DNA of 64,000 bases from IMG/VR virus record IMGVR_UViG_3300031953_000001. One strand, given 5' to 3'. Under the pieces are notes generated by a model, which saw only the letters and a program-made list of their open reading frames with translations, made no database searches and was not told where the DNA came from. Origin of the DNA: a virus. Its lineage: Duplodnaviria; Caudoviricetes. How positions within the stretch are numbered: the stretch's first letter is position 1; every line of letters begins with the position of its first letter. Positions 29,432 to 39,630 of this stretch are shown piece after piece. Both the position numbers and the translations under genes were made by a program.

Positions 29432-29629
29432 ATGTTGAACAAAATCATCATCGTTATATTTCTCAGTGTGATCGCGTTTGGAATCGGCGATCTTCTAATT
29501 GCCAATCATCATCCACTGCTGGGTCTGTTCACTACCCTGGCCGCCGGTTTAGGACTGATCAACGGCTTAGTGTTGGTCGTGTTGATGGTTCTGTGTGGTG
29601 AGTTTCAATTGTCCAGTTTTACCGATTAA
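29432..29629 (+). CDS. small membrane protein (2 TM)
   Basis: MLNKIIIVIFLSVIAFG... with AAGGA SD; two hydrophobic segments. Confidence 0.6.
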   Translation: MLNKIIIVIFLSVIAFGIGDLLIANHHPLLGLFTTLAAGLGLINGLVLVVLMVLCGEFQLSSFTD

Positions 29630-29654
29630 TGCGATACCGGCTAGGAGAACGCCC

Positions 29655-29963
29655 ATGTCCACTAAAACCAATAACTATTCAGATGCTAAACGTACAGACC
29701 ACGGCGTTGATGTCGCAGCCCACGTCTTGTTGACTGCACGGGTTCGATACGTCACTAGCAAAGTTAAGCACCAAAGGCTGGATTACTTCAAGTTAGTTAC
29801 TCAACTCAATCTGGCGGGCAATGACGCCGATGCCGAGCGCGTTGCTCGACTAACCGAACAAGTCTCCGCTGCCTACGAAACTCTGAACCAAACCAGAGAC
29901 GCCCTAGGTAAACTCCAAGGTCTTCTTAACGAAGTGTCAGAACGGTTGGAGTCGAGTCAGTAA
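29655..29963 (+). CDS. hypothetical protein
   Basis: AGGAG SD then ATG 29655; helical sequence. Confidence 0.6.
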   Translation: MSTKTNNYSDAKRTDHGVDVAAHVLLTARVRYVTSKVKHQRLDYFKLVTQLNLAGNDADAERVARLTEQVSAAYETLNQTRDALGKLQGLLNEVSERLESSQ

Positions 29964-30011
29964 CAGTATGAGCGTTTGATCGGTTATCCCACAAACTTTA
30001 GGAGTGGTGTT

Positions 30012-30371
30012 ATGATTGTTAATACAGCGTATCAAGCCAACGCGTTATTAGAAGACAAGAACCATCAACTGATAGCGCGAGCCATCACGTTCTATGTTCC
30101 CAGTGCGTTTTATTTGTCGAACCATCACCGGCGACTGAAACTGTTGTCAGCGGTTGAATCGCATTACCAGTTCCAGGGACGCGTGATGTCGTTGATGGTG
30201 GCGGAACAAACCGATATCGGTAAACAGATCGTCTCCATTCGCCGAGACCCTAACAGCTCAATTGGTGAACTCCAGGTCAATCGTTCGCCCACATTGGCCC
30301 CGGGTTTCCGTTTAGGCGGTGAGGTTATTGCCATCGCCGTTGACACGGTAGAGAATTCTATTCTTCACTAA
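30012..30371 (+). CDS. hypothetical protein
   Basis: GGAG SD then ATG 30012. Confidence 0.55.
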   Translation: MIVNTAYQANALLEDKNHQLIARAITFYVPSAFYLSNHHRRLKLLSAVESHYQFQGRVMSLMVAEQTDIGKQIVSIRRDPNSSIGELQVNRSPTLAPGFRLGGEVIAIAVDTVENSILH

Positions 30372-30383
30372 GGGAAGGCCGGC

Positions 30384-30998
30384 ATGAACGCAATCGTTAA
30401 ATCGTACGACGGGGACGTCTTCAATCTGTTCAGTTACAACCCCGAAGACTTAGACCAGATCGCCCTGTATCGAAACTCTGTGGTGGGACGTCTGATTCAC
30501 CATCCTTACATAGAGCGGTTCGACGTGCTCGATCGCTATGTGAGCGATTGGACGTTTCAATGGGTCGCCACTTTGGGTAAAGAAAATCACGGGGTGTTGA
30601 TCTTAAAGCCCACTAATCGACGCACTAAGCAATTGGTGGTGGTTGGACGTGCTATCCGACTGATCCGAGAGTTTGGGGTGGATGCACACACGGCAGAACG
30701 CTTAACCCAAGCCATGTGGGGGGTACGTCATGCCTCTAATGAAGAAGTCCTGGGGTTGATCTGCGACAGCCTTACCCCTGGGATTTGGGACGACTTTGAC
30801 GCAAACCCAAGAGAGTGGGTGCGTCAACGTCTGTCGTCCACAGAGAACGGCTGGGACCGCATGCGCTCACTGCACGTCGATAAGATCGCCGCGGCCAAAG
30901 ACGTGGTGGTGGCGTATCATGAGTTGTGTTGCGGTGAACGCATCGGTCCGTCGTTTCCCCGCAGTCTGCTTACTGAGGCTCTCAGCGACCCGTCGTAG
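30384..30998 (+). CDS. hypothetical protein
   Basis: 204-aa ORF in a co-directional run. Confidence 0.6.
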   Translation: MNAIVKSYDGDVFNLFSYNPEDLDQIALYRNSVVGRLIHHPYIERFDVLDRYVSDWTFQWVATLGKENHGVLILKPTNRRTKQLVVVGRAIRLIREFGVDAHTAERLTQAMWGVRHASNEEVLGLICDSLTPGIWDDFDANPREWVRQRLSSTENGWDRMRSLHVDKIAAAKDVVVAYHELCCGERIGPSFPRSLLTEALSDPS

Positions 30999-31086
30999 CG
31001 AATGGGGCGCTAGTGTTGAGAGGCTTCGGCTTCTCATTTTTTGTCAAGAGGGCCTTAAAGTATGAGACTATTTCGAGGAAATCCCC

Positions 31087-31710
31087 ATGTTACGTAGAAC
31101 TCCGATCGTTCGTCAGATGGCAGATGCACTTGCCATCGCGGCGTCCTATACGCAAGAAGATAAGAACGACGAGATTGAGCGGGTGTATTTCGTCAGGTTC
31201 AGTGACTTTACTCAACTCAGTTCAGCGCCACACGTCGAAGAGCACGAGCAGTGGGAATATCGGTTGTTTGAAAACGACAAACCGATAGGCACCCTACGCT
31301 CCCGCAGCATCGATCAAGGCGATTCTTACGAGTTGACCATCAAGACCTACCGCAAAGGCGACGTAGGTTCGATGGAGTGCAACTTGGCGGGCACTCAAGA
31401 CATGCACGAGACGGTAGCGGCTTTGGCTGACCGGGTACTGAGGAAGATCCGGTATGTGTATCGGGTACCGGTGACTCACAACGGAGTCGAGTTGGATCTT
31501 AAGTGGGAGATCGACGTCTTTAAGTTACCGGATGGCAGCTTCTATCCGTGGGTTAAGGTGGACTTGGAAGTGCCCGACCCGGCGGTACAAGCTCCTGCTT
31601 TTCCGTTTCAGTACGAAGAGATCATCGACGCCAGTTACGACCGCACACTCACCGCCGACGAGAAACGCACCATTGACGCGTTGTTCGTTGCCGTCAAAGC
31701 CGATCACTGA
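31087..31710 (+). CDS. CYTH-like (triphosphate tunnel metalloenzyme) protein
   Basis: EIERVYF (ExE), EQWE, LRSR...LTIK, KIRY, WEIDVF, VDLEV. Confidence 0.65.
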   Translation: MLRRTPIVRQMADALAIAASYTQEDKNDEIERVYFVRFSDFTQLSSAPHVEEHEQWEYRLFENDKPIGTLRSRSIDQGDSYELTIKTYRKGDVGSMECNLAGTQDMHETVAALADRVLRKIRYVYRVPVTHNGVELDLKWEIDVFKLPDGSFYPWVKVDLEVPDPAVQAPAFPFQYEEIIDASYDRTLTADEKRTIDALFVAVKADH

Positions 31711-31736
31711 CGGCAGTATCTATTTGGAGCAACACC

Positions 31737-32270
31737 ATGACCGTTCGACTGACTGCAGAGACCCTGACGCCAGAGAACCTTACTCACGCCGCGGTGCACC
31801 AGACCGGTCTCCTGGGACTTTATCAGCGCCACGAGTACGACGCCCTGATGGCTTCGGGGCTGGTAGACTGGGGCTTTGGTTGGCTACCGTCAACGCTGGA
31901 CCCCAATACAGGACGAGTGAAAATGCTTCCCTTAACCCAAGACGCCGTAAAGCTTCTGGATCGAGGGCGGGCGTTACGGATTCAAGACCGTGCCAAGGAC
32001 ATGAGTCTACCCAGAGCCATTGGGTTTATCAAAGTGGTTAAACGCCATCGATTGGGCATGCTCGGCGATGTGCAGGATGCTTTGCTAAAGTGCTGGAACA
32101 AACCCGGCTACGACGACGCCATGATTGACCTGCCGTCCTTTGGGCGGTGGCTGAAAGAACATCACGGCAACGGCTTACGTCCGGAACAACGGCGGGCGGC
32201 GTTTGAGTTGATGCCGAAAATTCAACGAGTGATGAGCAAGGACTTCAGCACTAAGCGCACCACCGCATGA
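31737..32270 (+). CDS. hypothetical protein
   Basis: GGAG SD; 177 aa. Confidence 0.6.
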   Translation: MTVRLTAETLTPENLTHAAVHQTGLLGLYQRHEYDALMASGLVDWGFGWLPSTLDPNTGRVKMLPLTQDAVKLLDRGRALRIQDRAKDMSLPRAIGFIKVVKRHRLGMLGDVQDALLKCWNKPGYDDAMIDLPSFGRWLKEHHGNGLRPEQRRAAFELMPKIQRVMSKDFSTKRTTA

Positions 32271-32277
32271 CGGCATA

Positions 32278-32299
32278 GGGGAGGGCTTGCGCCCTCCCC
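32278..32299. terminator. bidirectional terminator
   Basis: GGGGAGGGC-TTGC-GCCCTCCCC between convergent genes. Confidence 0.75.
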
Positions 32300-32321
32300 G
32301 TATGCTGCTTTGCCAACACGC

Positions 32322-32942
32322 CTACTCCGGAGGTGGCAGTAGGTTGTTGTCTATTACTAACTGCTCCAGCGTCTGGAGACGTTCAATCAGATCGCTGTTC
32401 AGTTGCAATTGATGCAAGTACTTGGCTCGGTCGGTGGTTCGAAACTCAATGTTGGCCAAGCGAGACGCTTCCAACACCTGATGTTCAGTAGGAGTGACTG
32501 CCCCTGAGACCGGAGCCACGGCTTCTTTCACTTCGGGTTCTTTACCGATGATCTTACTGCCGACGGTTTCCATCTCCTGACGGATGTAGTCCAGGTCTAG
32601 GAAATCGGGCAACACCCCAAAGTCCACAGACAAAACCACCCGTTGGTAGTTCACCACCCCCAAATCCGGGTAGGACACTATGTAGGTGTCCGGCACATAG
32701 ACGATGTCGAAGTCGTCAGAGATCAGGGTAATGATGGCCGTATGGGCTTGTTGGTCTGCGTTGAAAACGCTTTGACTCAACCCCTTGGGTTCGTAATATC
32801 GACGGTAGACATCTTCACCCAACTCATAGATGTCTTGAAAGGATCGGATTGCCTGACAGGTGTACACCTTAGCCGCTGAGACTTCCCAGGGCTGGCGCAG
32901 CTGATAGATCCCACGAGCCGCGAGCGGTGGGGTTATTCTCAT
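32322..32942 (-). CDS. probable virion structural protein
   Basis: 206-aa ORF coupled to the upstream structural gene. Confidence 0.55.
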   Translation of the reverse strand: MRITPPLAARGIYQLRQPWEVSAAKVYTCQAIRSFQDIYELGEDVYRRYYEPKGLSQSVFNADQQAHTAIITLISDDFDIVYVPDTYIVSYPDLGVVNYQRVVLSVDFGVLPDFLDLDYIRQEMETVGSKIIGKEPEVKEAVAPVSGAVTPTEHQVLEASRLANIEFRTTDRAKYLHQLQLNSDLIERLQTLEQLVIDNNLLPPPE

Positions 32943-32984
32943 ATGACTACCTCATCAGTCCGGTTGAGGAAACAGTGGATCGCC

Positions 32985-34346
32985 TTAACCGACGATGTCG
33001 ACAGGCTCTACGGTGGGATCAATCTCCCCAAACAGATCTTCGTACGCCAGACGCGAGACCACCAGATACTGGAACTCCGCATGAGAGGCCACCAAGTACA
33101 ACACACCGTCGCGCTCAAGGCGAGACATGCCGATGGGTAGGTCGGAGTACTCAGTCATGTCGTCGGCAACCCGCATCATGTTTGACAACAACACCGTCCA
33201 GTTTTGAGTGTCTGGCGACATACGACCAAACTCACCGGAGTCCGTTGGGATGGCGATGTAGTCTGGGAACTTCTGCGACAGTGTGTTGATGGCGTCCCGA
33301 TTGTCTGGACCGCCCACGGCCAAGAACCCCATAGACCGCCAGTTAGCGACTGAGGTCTCTACCACGTCGTCTACGTGTGCTGACGGGTAACGGGTGGCGG
33401 TGAGCCTAGCTATGGCCAACACGGTCTTGTGTCGAATCGTGGGGCTGTATAAGCCTTTCACCAAAGTTTCGTTAGGAATGCTGAAGTTGGCCCACAAAGG
33501 GGTGATGATAAACTCAGTGGCCTTAAACAAGTCGGGAATGAACTCTTCCCAAGCAGCACGGTCGCGGGCGGAGTTGGCTAGAATGTACGAGGACAACGTG
33601 GCTTTGATGTTGTCGATGTTGTTGCCCGCAGGACCGTAGATAACCAGCGTCCAGGGGGTGGTCAACTCGTAATCCGGTTGAATCGGATTCGCCCAAGTGT
33701 ACAGCTCTACTCGCTGGTGCGTAGGAGGCTTATCACCGATGACGGCTTGAATGCGTTGCATGCGTTCTGTGTCGTTGTACTGATCCAACAGCGCTTTGAC
33801 TTCCACCGCAGTCTTAAAGAAGTCGTCCAGTGCGTCGATGGGAGGTACCACTTCGATGGTGTACTCATCATACTGTGCACGAAACGCTTGATCGCTTAAC
33901 CACAAACGGATGAAGTTTTCAGCATCCACGCCTGGAGCAACCACTTTAAAATCAAGATACTGTGGCAACCAGGTAGTGGTGTCGCCCTCTTGAACCATCT
34001 GTCCCACATTGAGATCGGTCAGGCGGTCGGAGAACTCGGCCAGCAACAAACTGCTGAACTCACTTTCACTGCCGTTAAAAAAGCCGCCTATGGCGTTGGT
34101 GTATAGCCATTGACCCAACTCCAGGATCGGGTCGCGGTAAGCCACACGGATTTCGGTTTGAACGCCGTCGTCGATTTGACTGTGGAAGACCATCAGGTCT
34201 ACGTCTGGCTCAGCGCTGCGGCTGTAATGCCCAATGTCTTTGCTGAAGGTTTTGGCGTAAGTGGATAGTTCGCCCAGCTGGGCAATGGCGCCTGGGGTGT
34301 TGTCGGCCAATGGCTGGATGACCATAAAGCCTTTCATAACGTACAT
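32985..34346 (-). CDS. probable virion structural protein
   Basis: Start moved to ATG 34346 (AGGAG SD). Confidence 0.6.
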   Translation of the reverse strand: MYVMKGFMVIQPLADNTPGAIAQLGELSTYAKTFSKDIGHYSRSAEPDVDLMVFHSQIDDGVQTEIRVAYRDPILELGQWLYTNAIGGFFNGSESEFSSLLLAEFSDRLTDLNVGQMVQEGDTTTWLPQYLDFKVVAPGVDAENFIRLWLSDQAFRAQYDEYTIEVVPPIDALDDFFKTAVEVKALLDQYNDTERMQRIQAVIGDKPPTHQRVELYTWANPIQPDYELTTPWTLVIYGPAGNNIDNIKATLSSYILANSARDRAAWEEFIPDLFKATEFIITPLWANFSIPNETLVKGLYSPTIRHKTVLAIARLTATRYPSAHVDDVVETSVANWRSMGFLAVGGPDNRDAINTLSQKFPDYIAIPTDSGEFGRMSPDTQNWTVLLSNMMRVADDMTEYSDLPIGMSRLERDGVLYLVASHAEFQYLVVSRLAYEDLFGEIDPTVEPVDIVG

Positions 34347-34516
34347 ACGCGAGCTCCTAGTTACTAATTCTATGACTATTGACGCAGGACTGGGCGTGCG
34401 TTTAAGTGGGCACACCTGCCCCTAGGCACCCGCGTACAACTGCGTATTGTGGGAGAAAACAACCATATCATGACGGTCATGCGTCGATGATTCTCCCGTT
34501 GAAACTCAGGAGTGCC

Positions 34517-34981
34517 ATGAACTTACTTAAGATATTCAAGGTCCTGGAAGTTATGTGGCCATTTATTAAAGAGATCTTACTGGATAAAGATACGCCGGCA
34601 CCGGATCGCAGAAAGAAAGGGATGGCTCTGGTGCTTACCTTGGCGTTTATCTTTGTTGGTTCGGGGGGGTGGACCATGGTTCACGCGTATGTGACACCGT
34701 TCCTACCGCCCAATCAAACCAGCACGCCCTCCGACACGGACCGAGACGATCAATGGGTTCGGTTTTTAGAAGACCGCCTGACTGAGAACCTCGGTCAGAT
34801 CACCCAACTTCGACGTGAAGTGGCCACCTTAACGGTTAACCACAAGCGCGAATTGGCCCGCGCCAACCAACTGCAAGTGGAGATCGATGAGTTGATTCAA
34901 GATTTTGATCACCCAGTTGAGGAACGGGTGACCAAGAACCGCATACTGGATCGACTGGAGTCTCTGAGGAATGTTCAATGA
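34517..34981 (+). CDS. putative inner-membrane spanin (i-spanin)
   Basis: One TM helix (ALVLTLAFIFVG) followed by coiled coil; ATGA overlap with a lipoprotein gene; CAGGAG SD. Confidence 0.6.
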   Translation: MNLLKIFKVLEVMWPFIKEILLDKDTPAPDRRKKGMALVLTLAFIFVGSGGWTMVHAYVTPFLPPNQTSTPSDTDRDDQWVRFLEDRLTENLGQITQLRREVATLTVNHKRELARANQLQVEIDELIQDFDHPVEERVTKNRILDRLESLRNVQ

Positions 34982-35409
34982 GATACTTTGTTCTGATGTG
35001 TGCCCTGCTGGCTGGGTGTGTGGCGCCTCCTATTACCATCACTCAGGGCGCACGAGAGGCGAGTAAACGCGAGGTAGATAAGGTTGAGCGGGTGATCGTT
35101 ATGGTGTATCACCACGAGGTGGTTAAACCGTCACAGATGACGATGGCGCCAACCGCAGCACCCTTACTCTCTAACGCCAGTGTGTCGGCGGTGGTGTCCT
35201 CCGAGTGTCCTCGATTTAAACGGCCCAGATACACCAACCTCCCAAGTGTACCGGTTATAGACCCAAGTCGCAGCGACGACTACCAACACATCGCGGAGGT
35301 CCTTCTGGACCATGTAGAAGCATTGATACAACACGCCGCGGACGTTAAACGTCGAAGTGCGGTTGCGTACAATCAATACGTTCAAGCCTGTGAGTTAAAC
35401 GTGGATTAA
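34978..35409 (+). CDS. putative outer-membrane lipoprotein spanin (o-spanin)
   Basis: Signal peptide with lipobox LAGC; Pro-rich mature part. Confidence 0.62.
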   Translation: MRYFVLMCALLAGCVAPPITITQGAREASKREVDKVERVIVMVYHHEVVKPSQMTMAPTAAPLLSNASVSAVVSSECPRFKRPRYTNLPSVPVIDPSRSDDYQHIAEVLLDHVEALIQHAADVKRRSAVAYNQYVQACELNVD

Positions 35410-35455
35410 TCCTGACGGAGTCGACTCATCTAATGATGGGCGGCTCTGTTAGGGC

Positions 35456-36994
35456 ATGTATTCTCAGCTTACCAACTCGGATGTAGTTATGACCGAAGAA
35501 ACCAAAACCACCAAAAATGAACCCCCTATAGAAGAGTCGTTGAACTTCATCGTCTACACCGACGGGGGCAGTAAACCGTCTCGAGGTCGAGGCGGGTATG
35601 GCTTTCACGGGTATCTCTATCGCGATGAGGTGCCTAAGCAAGGTTCTGGGGCCAAAGCCACCCCCACGAAGAACGGCTATGTTCCTTCAGCCCCAAAAGA
35701 CCAAGCGGTTGAAGTGGTTGAGTACGCCGATCTGTACGCGTCTATGGCTGATGAAACCACCAACAACGCTATGGAGTTGATGGCTGCGATTGAGGCTTTG
35801 GAGTTTGCTGACCGTAAGAACGTTCGGTACATGAAGTTGTATTACGACAGTCAGTACGTCGGCAATGGGTTGGCCGAATGGGTCTCTGGCTGGCAGGCGA
35901 ACGATTGGAAGAAGTCAGACGGCACCGACGTACAGAATCGTGAGTTGTGGCAGCGCATGCTCAAAGCAAAAGGCAACCTTGAGATCAAGAAGGTCACCAT
36001 CGACTTGCAATGGGTACGAGGACACAACGGCGATTTGGGCAACACCTTGGCTGATGCACACGCCAGTCGAGGGGTCTTATTGGCGCAGAAGCGCATCGTT
36101 GATCGGCAGCTGCTGGAAAGCAGTGGCAAAGGGTATTGGAACATCAAAGCTGAGTACAATCGCATGCTCTCTAAGAGCTGTTGGTATTTTAACACCAACG
36201 TAGGCGACAGCTTTAAAACCGAAGACGGACGGGTGGTGTATCACCTAGGGAAGCATGGGGACAATGATAATATGTTGGGCAAGCGAATGTCCGATGCCAG
36301 CTTCTCCGTGGTGTACCTGAAAGAACCCAGTCCGGTCCTTGAGACCTTGCGACACTATCAGGACCAAGTGAGCGATGGCACGAGCAATCGGGTCATCATC
36401 GGACGTTTGGACGCCATCCACCAACCTCGCAACTACCTGGACATCCACGATAATGGGGATAAGTTCTTAACGCGCGGGGGACGGCATTTGGATCTGACCA
36501 ACGTCGACGCTGTTCAGTTGACCAAAGAAATGCGCCCGGCACGTCTGGCGTTCCGCGCCATTGAAACCCTGGTGGGGCTCGAGGCGTTTTTGGAGGACTA
36601 CGTCTTTGATCGTAAAGACAACCCCCAACGCATCGATTATATAACCAAAGACATCACCGACCATCTGTTTGACAAGGAGACAAACGGTAAAGGGAAAGTG
36701 AAGTGTAAAATGAAGAAAGAGTTGGGTACTTCTACCCGCGCCCTTGAAGTGGACGTAGATTACGCCACTGGGACACATCAAGGGACGATGGCCATTGCCT
36801 TGGCGTTCGATCTGGACCTACCGAGCCGTAACGCGCTCTCCGCGCTGGCCGATCGCGATCCGGTGGTGAAAGTCATGACGTGGCGTGAGTCCGATGCGTC
36901 TTTCCGATACGCCACGTTGGTGGAGGCGGGAGACGACGTCGGGATCTGGTCGTCCGTGTACTCTAACCTGAAACTCGTCAACGGCGCCGCTTAA
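35456..36994 (+). CDS. rnhA: ribonuclease HI with C-terminal extension (phiKZ gp155-like)
   Basis: VYTDGG, TNNAMEL, YDSQYV, NRELWQ, WVRGHNGDLGNTLAD. Confidence 0.9.
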   Translation: MYSQLTNSDVVMTEETKTTKNEPPIEESLNFIVYTDGGSKPSRGRGGYGFHGYLYRDEVPKQGSGAKATPTKNGYVPSAPKDQAVEVVEYADLYASMADETTNNAMELMAAIEALEFADRKNVRYMKLYYDSQYVGNGLAEWVSGWQANDWKKSDGTDVQNRELWQRMLKAKGNLEIKKVTIDLQWVRGHNGDLGNTLADAHASRGVLLAQKRIVDRQLLESSGKGYWNIKAEYNRMLSKSCWYFNTNVGDSFKTEDGRVVYHLGKHGDNDNMLGKRMSDASFSVVYLKEPSPVLETLRHYQDQVSDGTSNRVIIGRLDAIHQPRNYLDIHDNGDKFLTRGGRHLDLTNVDAVQLTKEMRPARLAFRAIETLVGLEAFLEDYVFDRKDNPQRIDYITKDITDHLFDKETNGKGKVKCKMKKELGTSTRALEVDVDYATGTHQGTMAIALAFDLDLPSRNALSALADRDPVVKVMTWRESDASFRYATLVEAGDDVGIWSSVYSNLKLVNGAA

Positions 36995-37027
36995 CCGCAC
37001 GCCTTGGTGAACTAGCTGGACTTTGTT

Positions 37028-37471
37028 ATGATTGTCTTACGTAAAGCACTGCTGTTGATACTCAAACCTCTGATCTTGATACTGACGTCTGTGTGTGGGT
37101 TGCTTTTACCCGCTCGAGGAAAGCGGATTATCTTTGCGGCATCTTTGTACACGCATCTGAACCGAATCGACCCCAGTCAACTGGATCAGGCCGCCATGGC
37201 GGAATACCTGGACGAGCTTAACCGCTTGTTTCAATTGACCGGACGAGAGCATCGCGCGTTGCTCATGCCGTTGATGTTGCACGAGTTGATTTGGGCGGAC
37301 GTAGACCTGCCCGACAACGAGCGACTGACTAAGCAAACGGTGCAAAGTAACTGTGAGGTTTTACTCAAACGCATTCCGCAATGGCTAAAGTACGATCACA
37401 AGGTGATGCGTGATGACGCGTCTTTGATCGTGCGGCGCTGTGCGGGCCGACATTTACGTTTACAGTCTTGA
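37028..37471 (+). CDS. hypothetical protein, hydrophobic N-terminus
   Basis: 147-aa ORF. Confidence 0.55.
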   Translation: MIVLRKALLLILKPLILILTSVCGLLLPARGKRIIFAASLYTHLNRIDPSQLDQAAMAEYLDELNRLFQLTGREHRALLMPLMLHELIWADVDLPDNERLTKQTVQSNCEVLLKRIPQWLKYDHKVMRDDASLIVRRCAGRHLRLQS

Positions 37472-37514
37472 CCCTCAGTGGGTGTGAGGGCAGTCGAGAA
37501 TAAGGAGATAGGCA

Positions 37515-37979
37515 ATGATGTACGATCCAACGCTCCCAGAGGTCTTTGGGTATCGCGGTGAATTCTTCTTCTTAAGCAACTTCTACCCCCACATGAACCC
37601 TCTGATAGAAACGTTTCAAGGAACCTCTATCTGTTACCCTACCGCCGAACACGCCTATCAAGCGTCTAAGTCACTGCGTCTGGCCTCAAGATTGACGGTC
37701 GCCAACGCCCCCACTCCCGGGAAATCCAAAGTGGCAGGTCGCAGTTTGGCCTTGCGACTGGATTGGGATAAGGTTCACCTCGACGTCATGCGTCACTGGG
37801 TGCGAGAAAAGTTCGCACAGGAGCACTTGGCACAGAAGTTGATCGAGACCTACCCCAGGAAGCTGGTAGAAGCCAATAGCCATGGGGATCAGTACTGGGG
37901 CACTGATGAGTTTGGCGACGGTCTGAACTGGCTTGGAGAGCTTCAGATGGAGTTTCGTTTGGAATTGATTGAACGTTAA
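37515..37979 (+). CDS. NADAR (YbiA/DUF1768) family protein
   Basis: FLSNFY, YPTAEHAYQA, DWD, KF, LVEAN..GDQYWG, NWLG. Confidence 0.85.
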   Translation: MMYDPTLPEVFGYRGEFFFLSNFYPHMNPLIETFQGTSICYPTAEHAYQASKSLRLASRLTVANAPTPGKSKVAGRSLALRLDWDKVHLDVMRHWVREKFAQEHLAQKLIETYPRKLVEANSHGDQYWGTDEFGDGLNWLGELQMEFRLELIER

Positions 37980-37992
37980 AACAGCATAAACA

Positions 37993-38015
37993 GAGGAGGC
38001 CTTTTGGGCCTCCTC
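37993..38015. terminator. bidirectional terminator hairpin
   Basis: GAGGAGGCC-TTTTG-GGCCTCCTC between convergent genes. Confidence 0.8.
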
Positions 38016-38039
38016 TTATTCGGTCCTACTTAGTTGAAG

Positions 38040-39569
38040 TTACAAGATGCCAAGTTGGGCATTGCTTGGGCGTTGGTTAACAGTCAAGTTAGACCCACCT
38101 GAGAAGGCACTGGCAGTCACAACGTTATCGACATTCCACATGGAGATGTTCTGACCGAACGTCGATGCACTAAAGAACATCGTAGCCATGTCCGTAACAC
38201 TAGACGTGTTCCAAGCATTTAGTGGTTGATTAAAGGCCCCTGCGGATCTGAACATGGAACTCATGTCAGTGACGTTCGACACGTTCCAGTTATTCAGCGG
38301 ACGGTTAAAAGTAATTGCATCAAAAAACATGGAGTCCATACTGGTCACGTTAATTGTGTTCCACGTGTTCAACGTGCCATTAAAGGCTGACGCGCCGCGG
38401 AACATGCGAACCATGTCAGTGACCTTGGAAACATTAAAGTGATCTATCGATTGGATAAACGAGATGGCAGTATTGAACATCTCCCTCATGGTTGTCACGT
38501 TGCCTGTATTCCACCCAGCTAACGAACCATTGAACACGCTGGCGCCGAGGAACATACGAGACATGTCCGTAACCGCACTCACATTCCAAGTGTTCAGGTG
38601 CCGGTTGAACGCGCTGGCGTTGTAGAACATGTTACTCGTGTTAAGACAGCTGCTCAGGTTCCAGTCGTTTACCGAGCCGTTGAAACTCAACGCATGTGAG
38701 AACATGTGTCTCGCGTCTACCACATTACTGACATTCCAAGTATTCAAGGCTTGATTGAAGGTACTGGCGTAAATGAACATCTGTTCCGTCTTAGTGACAC
38801 CACTCACATCCCATGAGTTCAGCGGTTGGTTGAAGACGGTGGCCTGGGCGAACATCGACGTCATATCAACGACGTTAGACACATCCCAATGGTTGATGTT
38901 GCTGTTGAAGTCACCGGCAGCCTGGAACATGCTAATGCAGCTTGCGCCCGGCAAGAAGGTCGGTTCGTCACTGGCACTGATCACAAACCCAGTACGATCA
39001 CGGAACATGCTCTCAGTAGACGCGAACGTGGCCACGCCCCACTGCATGACGTCTTTGATCTGTTTCCGGTTGGCGATCAACGATCTTGTGAAACCATTGA
39101 TCATACCGTGGACTTCTACGGTATATTGACCTGGCGCGGAGTAAGTGTGAGAGGCAGCGCCGGTATAAGACTGATACCCAGAGTTATCGCCCCAGTCAAT
39201 GGTGATGTCGGAGCCAGTCTCAAACGACAGGATGACGTTGGTGGCACCTACGGTGGTGGCTTCGGTATCCACCAACAGTTTCATACCTTGACCGAACATT
39301 TTACCGGTCGTGACGATAGTGGCGATGTCGCCGCGGACCAAGGCGTTCATCCGCCCTGGATTGGAGAACAACTGATCGTCGTTGGTGACGGCTGGGTCGT
39401 CTTGCTTAACCTGAGAGATGAGCTTCGCGTACTCATCGCCTTTGGCTTGTGCCGCAGCGCGAGTGGCATCTATGTCTACTTGAACCCCAGAGACGACGGC
39501 TGCCGTGTGGTTTTCAATGGCGGTGTTCAGTTCTAGGCGTTTTGCGTTTAAGTCGTTTAAATCGGCCAC
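38040..39569 (-). CDS. DUF285/BspA-type repeat protein (11 repeats), copy 2
   Basis: Same N-terminal anchor and PKD-like domain as copy 1; 11 x 25-aa repeats; GTG start. Confidence 0.85.
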   Translation of the reverse strand: MADLNDLNAKRLELNTAIENHTAAVVSGVQVDIDATRAAAQAKGDEYAKLISQVKQDDPAVTNDDQLFSNPGRMNALVRGDIATIVTTGKMFGQGMKLLVDTEATTVGATNVILSFETGSDITIDWGDNSGYQSYTGAASHTYSAPGQYTVEVHGMINGFTRSLIANRKQIKDVMQWGVATFASTESMFRDRTGFVISASDEPTFLPGASCISMFQAAGDFNSNINHWDVSNVVDMTSMFAQATVFNQPLNSWDVSGVTKTEQMFIYASTFNQALNTWNVSNVVDARHMFSHALSFNGSVNDWNLSSCLNTSNMFYNASAFNRHLNTWNVSAVTDMSRMFLGASVFNGSLAGWNTGNVTTMREMFNTAISFIQSIDHFNVSKVTDMVRMFRGASAFNGTLNTWNTINVTSMDSMFFDAITFNRPLNNWNVSNVTDMSSMFRSAGAFNQPLNAWNTSSVTDMATMFFSASTFGQNISMWNVDNVVTASAFSGGSNLTVNQRPSNAQLGIL

Positions 39570-39630
39570 GTGGGTATCCTTTTAAGTAGGAGAATAAGAG
39601 GACAAGGTGTCCTCTGTATTTGGGCTAACG

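Noticed and set aside
38040-39000. Regular 75-nt periodicity suggesting a CRISPR array
   Set aside because: The repeats are degenerate, in frame and encode DUF285 units; there is no constant repeat with unique spacers.
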